Origin: Mycobacterium tuberculosis H37Rv
Lineage (GTDB): Bacteria; Actinomycetota; Actinomycetes; Mycobacteriales; Mycobacteriaceae
DNA: 32,000 bases
Direction of reading: 5' to 3'
NCBI RefSeq assembly: GCF_000195955.2
Contig: NC_000962.3
Span: 2,070,001-2,102,000 of the forward strand
Shown here: piece by piece, positions 27,962-32,000 of the stretch
Layout: every line of letters starts with the position of its first letter
How positions within the stretch are numbered: position 1 is the stretch's first letter
Translations under genes and position numbers: made by a program
The notes under the pieces: model-generated
What the model was told of the DNA's origin: nothing
What the model saw: only the letters and a program-made list of their open reading frames with translations
The model's database searches: none

Positions 27962-29694
27962 TGGCGCGACTGTCAAGGGAGCGCTACGCACAGCTGTACG
28001 GACCTACCACCGGCGACCGGATACGGCTGGCCGACACCAACCTGCTGGTTGAGGTCACCGAAGACCGGTGTGGGGGACCGGGACTGGCCGGTGACGAGGC
28101 GGTGTTCGGCGGCGGCAAGGTGCTGCGCGAGTCCATGGGCCAGGGCCGTGCGAGCCGGGCCGACGGTGCCCCCGACACCGTGATCACCGGTGCGGTGATC
28201 ATCGACTACTGGGGAATCATCAAGGCCGACATCGGGATTCGCGATGGCCGCATCGTCGGGATCGGAAAGGCCGGCAATCCCGACATCATGACAGGTGTGC
28301 ATCGGGATCTCGTCGTCGGGCCGTCCACCGAAATCATCAGCGGCAACCGTCGAATCGTCACCGCAGGCACCGTCGACTGTCACGTGCACTTGATCTGTCC
28401 GCAGATCATCGTCGAAGCCTTGGCCGCGGGCACCACCACGATCATCGGCGGTGGCACCGGACCCGCCGAGGGCACCAAGGCCACCACAGTCACTCCCGGC
28501 GAGTGGCACCTGGCCCGGATGCTGGAGTCACTGGACGGTTGGCCGGTGAACTTCGCGCTGCTCGGCAAGGGAAACACCGTGAATCCCGACGCACTGTGGG
28601 AACAGTTGCGCGGTGGCGCATCGGGTTTCAAACTCCACGAAGACTGGGGATCGACCCCGGCGGCCATCGACACCTGCTTGGCGGTCGCCGACGTGGCCGG
28701 GGTGCAGGTTGCGCTGCACTCCGACACTCTCAATGAGACCGGATTCGTCGAGGACACCATCGGCGCGATCGCCGGACGTTCGATTCACGCCTACCACACC
28801 GAGGGCGCCGGCGGCGGGCACGCACCGGACATCATTACCGTCGCGGCGCAACCGAATGTACTGCCCAGCTCGACCAATCCGACCCGCCCGCATACGGTGA
28901 ACACCCTTGACGAGCATCTCGACATGCTGATGGTGTGCCACCACCTCAACCCCCGGATCCCGGAGGACCTCGCGTTTGCCGAAAGCCGGATCCGACCGTC
29001 CACCATTGCGGCAGAAGATGTGTTGCACGATATGGGGGCAATCTCGATGATTGGCAGCGATTCCCAGGCGATGGGCCGTGTCGGCGAGGTGGTGCTGCGC
29101 ACCTGGCAGACCGCGCACGTGATGAAAGCCCGCCGCGGGGCACTGGAAGGTGACCCGTCTGGTAGCCAAGCCGCCGACAACAACCGGGTCCGCCGCTACA
29201 TCGCCAAATACACCATCTGCCCGGCCATCGCACACGGCATGGATCACCTGATCGGTTCGGTGGAGGTGGGAAAGTTGGCCGACCTGGTGTTGTGGGAGCC
29301 GGCGTTTTTCGGGGTTCGCCCGCACGTCGTGCTCAAAGGTGGGGCGATCGCCTGGGCAGCGATGGGCGATGCGAACGCGTCAATCCCGACCCCGCAACCG
29401 GTGCTCCCGCGACCGATGTTCGGCGCGGCCGCGGCAACCGCGGCGGCGACCTCGGTGCACTTCGTCGCGCCGCAATCCATCGACGCGCGCCTGGCGGACC
29501 GGCTCGCGGTCAATCGGGGACTAGCGCCGGTGGCCGACGTGCGCGCAGTGGGCAAGACCGACCTGCCGCTCAATGATGCCCTACCGAGCATCGAGGTCGA
29601 TCCCGACACCTTCACCGTGCGAATCGACGGCCAGGTGTGGCAACCGCAGCCGGCCGCCGAACTACCTATGACACAACGGTATTTCCTGTTCTAA
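27961..29694 (+). CDS. ureC: urease alpha (catalytic) subunit
   Basis: 577 aa with nickel-site motifs ([24 protein letters not shown]). The start overlaps the ureB stop by 1 nt. Confidence 0.97.
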
Positions 29695-30329
29695 TGACCT
29701 CGCTGGCCGTGCTGCTCACCCTCGCCGACTCGCGGCTGCCCACGGGTGCGCACGTGCACTCGGGCGGCATCGAAGAAGCCATCGCCGCCGGCATGGTGAC
29801 CGGCCTGGCCACCCTGGAAGCGTTCCTGAAACGGCGGGTCCGCACCCACGGCCTGCTGACGGCGTCCATCGCGGCCGCGGTGCACCGGGGCGAGCTGGCC
29901 GTCGACGACGCCGACCGGGAAACCGACGCGCGCACACCGGCTCCCGCGGCCAGACACGCCTCACGCAGCCAGGGCCGCGGGCTGATCAGGCTGGCACGGC
30001 GGGTGTGGCCCGATTCCGGCTGGGAGGAACTGGGCCCGAGGCCGCATCTGGCGGTTGTGGCCGGACGGGTCGGCGCGCTGAGCGGGCTGGCGCCCGAGCA
30101 CAACGCCTTGCACCTCGTCTACATCACAATGACCGGCTCGGCCATCGCCGCCCAGCGACTGCTGGCGCTAGATCCCGCCGAAGTGACCGTGGTGACCTTC
30201 CAGCTGTCCGAACTGTGCGAGCAGATCGCGCAGGAGGCCACAGCCGGACTGGCAGACTTGTCTGATCCGCTGCTGGACACGCTCGCCCAGCGGCATGACG
30301 AGCGCGTGCGTCCCCTGTTCGTTTCCTGA
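29694..30329 (+). CDS. ureF: urease accessory protein UreF
   Basis: ATG at 29694 overlaps the ureC stop (TAATG) and gives 211 aa. UreF-like N-terminus (LADSRLPTGAHVHSGGIE). Confidence 0.88.
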   Translation: MTSLAVLLTLADSRLPTGAHVHSGGIEEAIAAGMVTGLATLEAFLKRRVRTHGLLTASIAAAVHRGELAVDDADRETDARTPAPAARHASRSQGRGLIRLARRVWPDSGWEELGPRPHLAVVAGRVGALSGLAPEHNALHLVYITMTGSAIAAQRLLALDPAEVTVVTFQLSELCEQIAQEATAGLADLSDPLLDTLAQRHDERVRPLFVS

Positions 30330-30339
30330 AAGGTAAGGC

Positions 30340-31014
30340 ATGGCAACGCATTCCCATCCCCACTCGCACACCGTGCCCGCTCGGCCAAGGCGGGTCCGCA
30401 AACCGGGCGAGCCACTGCGCATCGGCGTCGGCGGCCCGGTCGGCTCCGGCAAGACCGCACTGGTGGCGGCGCTGTGCCGGCAATTGCGGGGAGAGCTGTC
30501 GCTGGCGGTGCTGACCAACGACATCTACACCACCGAAGACGCCGACTTCTTGCGCACACATGCGGTGCTGCCAGACGACCGGATCGCGGCCGTGCAGACC
30601 GGCGGCTGCCCGCACACCGCGATCCGCGACGACATCACCGCCAACCTGGATGCGATCGACGAGTTGATGGCCGCCCACGACGCGTTGGACCTGATCCTGG
30701 TCGAATCCGGCGGCGATAACCTCACGGCCACCTTCTCTTCGGGGCTGGTGGATGCGCAGATCTTCGTCATTGACGTTGCCGGCGGCGACAAGGTGCCGCG
30801 CAAGGGCGGGCCGGGGGTGACCTATTCGGATTTGTTGGTAGTCAACAAGACTGACCTGGCTGCATTGGTGGGCGCCGACCTGGCGGTGATGGCCCGCGAT
30901 GCGGACGCGGTGCGCGACGGCCGCCCGACGGTGCTGCAATCGTTGACCGAGGACCCAGCTGCCAGCGATGTCGTGGCCTGGGTTCGTAGTCAACTGGCCG
31001 CCGATGGAGTCTAG
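30340..31014 (+). CDS. ureG: urease accessory GTPase UreG
   Basis: 224 aa with a His-rich N-terminus (HSHPHSH), a P-loop GGPVGSGKT, and ESGGDNL and NKTDL motifs. Confidence 0.95.
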   Translation: MATHSHPHSHTVPARPRRVRKPGEPLRIGVGGPVGSGKTALVAALCRQLRGELSLAVLTNDIYTTEDADFLRTHAVLPDDRIAAVQTGGCPHTAIRDDITANLDAIDELMAAHDALDLILVESGGDNLTATFSSGLVDAQIFVIDVAGGDKVPRKGGPGVTYSDLLVVNKTDLAALVGADLAVMARDADAVRDGRPTVLQSLTEDPAASDVVAWVRSQLAADGV

Positions 31015-31021
31015 TGTTCTG

Positions 31022-31648
31022 GTGGTCGCGTCGCCGAATCGGTTGCCGCGCATCGACTGTCGGGGCGGTGTCCAGGCACGCCGAACCGCGCCCGACACGG
31101 TGCACCTGGTGTCGGCGGCCGCGACCCCGCTGGGCGGTGACACCATGAGAATCCGGGTGATCGTGGAACGGGGTGCCCAGCTACGGCTGCGTAGTGCCGC
31201 CGCGACGGTGGCCTTGCCCGGCGTGGATACCCTGACGTCGCATGCTCACTGGGAGATCGACGTGACCGGCACCCTGGATGTGGACCTGGAGCCGACGGTC
31301 GTCGCCGCCTCAGCCCGGCATCTGTCGCATGCCACCTTGCGCCTGCACGACGACGGTCGGGTCCGCTTGCGCGAGCGCGTGCAGATTGGCAGATGCAATG
31401 AGCGCGAAGGATTTTGGTCGTCATCGCTGCAGGCCGATCGGCATGGTCGTCCCCTGCTGCGGCACCGGGTGGAACTGGGTGCCGGGTCTTTGGCCGACGA
31501 CGTCATTGCGGCGCCGCGCGCCACTATCAGCGAGCTGCGCTATCCGGCGACGGCATTCACCGACGCCATCGACGCACGGTCGACCGTTTTGGCGTTGGCG
31601 GGTGGCGGAACACTGAGTACCTGGCAGGCTGACCGGTTGCCTGGCTAA
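31022..31648 (+). CDS. ureD: urease accessory protein UreD (start ambiguous: GTG 31022 or ATG 31004)
   Basis: The ORF is in the operon position of ureD/ureH. GTG 31022 gives 208 aa. ATG 31004 would give 214 aa and overlap ureG by 11 nt. Confidence 0.8.
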   Translation: MVASPNRLPRIDCRGGVQARRTAPDTVHLVSAAATPLGGDTMRIRVIVERGAQLRLRSAAATVALPGVDTLTSHAHWEIDVTGTLDVDLEPTVVAASARHLSHATLRLHDDGRVRLRERVQIGRCNEREGFWSSSLQADRHGRPLLRHRVELGAGSLADDVIAAPRATISELRYPATAFTDAIDARSTVLALAGGGTLSTWQADRLPG

Positions 31649-31650
31649 CG

Positions 31651-32000
31651 CTAGCTGGCCACCTTAGCGCTTGCCGCTGAGCCCTGCGCCTCGGCGGCCA
31701 GCTCGGCCAGCTGTTCGAGCCGCGTTCGCGCAAATGCCTGCTGGTCGGTGATGGTCAGCTGGCCGCGGCGAGTACTGAGGAAAGTCACCGTCCACGACAG
31801 CAGAGTGGTGATCTTGGTCTTGAACCCGATCAGGTACGCCAGGTGCAGCACCAGCCAAATCAGCCAGGCGATAAAGCCGCTGAACTCAACGGGACCGATC
31901 TTGGCCACCGCCGAAAACCTCGAAACCGTGGCCATCGATCCCTTGTCGAAGTACTGGAATGGCTCACGCTCCGCCGGGTTGGCGCCGGCCAGTTCGGCCT
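31651..32000 (-). CDS. ndh: type II NADH dehydrogenase, 3' (C-terminal) part only; gene continues beyond the window
   Basis: The frame is open to the window edge. Translation ...NPAEREPFQYFDKGSMATVSRFSAVAKIGPVEFSGFIAWLIWLVLHLAYL... matches the NDH-2 C-terminal membrane-anchor region. The stop lies 2 bp from the ureD stop. Confidence 0.9.
   Translation of the reverse strand, partial: AELAGANPAEREPFQYFDKGSMATVSRFSAVAKIGPVEFSGFIAWLIWLVLHLAYLIGFKTKITTLLSWTVTFLSTRRGQLTITDQQAFARTRLEQLAELAAEAQGSAASAKVAS

Overview
High-GC (about 65%) actinobacterial core chromosome. From memory, gene order, products and protein lengths match the Mycobacterium tuberculosis complex segment Rv1823 to Rv1854c (roughly H37Rv 2.070-2.102 Mb). 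I could not run BLAST, so locus names are recollection plus motif reading. Left to right on the + strand: a DUF881 / small-basic-protein / DUF881 triad, gcvH, garA (FHA), a MerR regulator, a DUF151 nuclease-like protein, a 56-bp MIRU-type tandem repeat, a second MerR regulator, a tandem glycine riboswitch and glycine dehydrogenase gcvB/gcvP. Next come two divergent Asp-nucleophile alpha/beta hydrolases. A long minus-strand block follows: CocE/NonD hydrolase, vWA membrane protein, malate synthase G, vapBC13, PE_PGRS34, two DUF21-CBS (CorC/CNNM) paralogues, guaB1, gnd1 and blaR-blaI. The dense blaI/Rv1847 intergenic region carries a BlaI-type operator, an IdeR-box-like site and a probable sRNA (MrsI/ncRv11846-like). 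It is followed by a PaaI thioesterase, the urease operon ureABCFGD (no ureE) and the 3' end of ndh. I saw no rRNA, tRNA, CRISPR array, IS element, integrase or prophage. I do not see convincing evidence for a wholly new system such as a defence island. The least explained pieces are the Rv1836c-Rv1835c pair, the division-associated DUF881/GarA/MerR/nuclease cluster, the asymmetric CorC/CNNM pair, and non-coding structure in several intergenic regions. Many long ORFs in the track are antisense or alternative-frame artefacts of high GC content.
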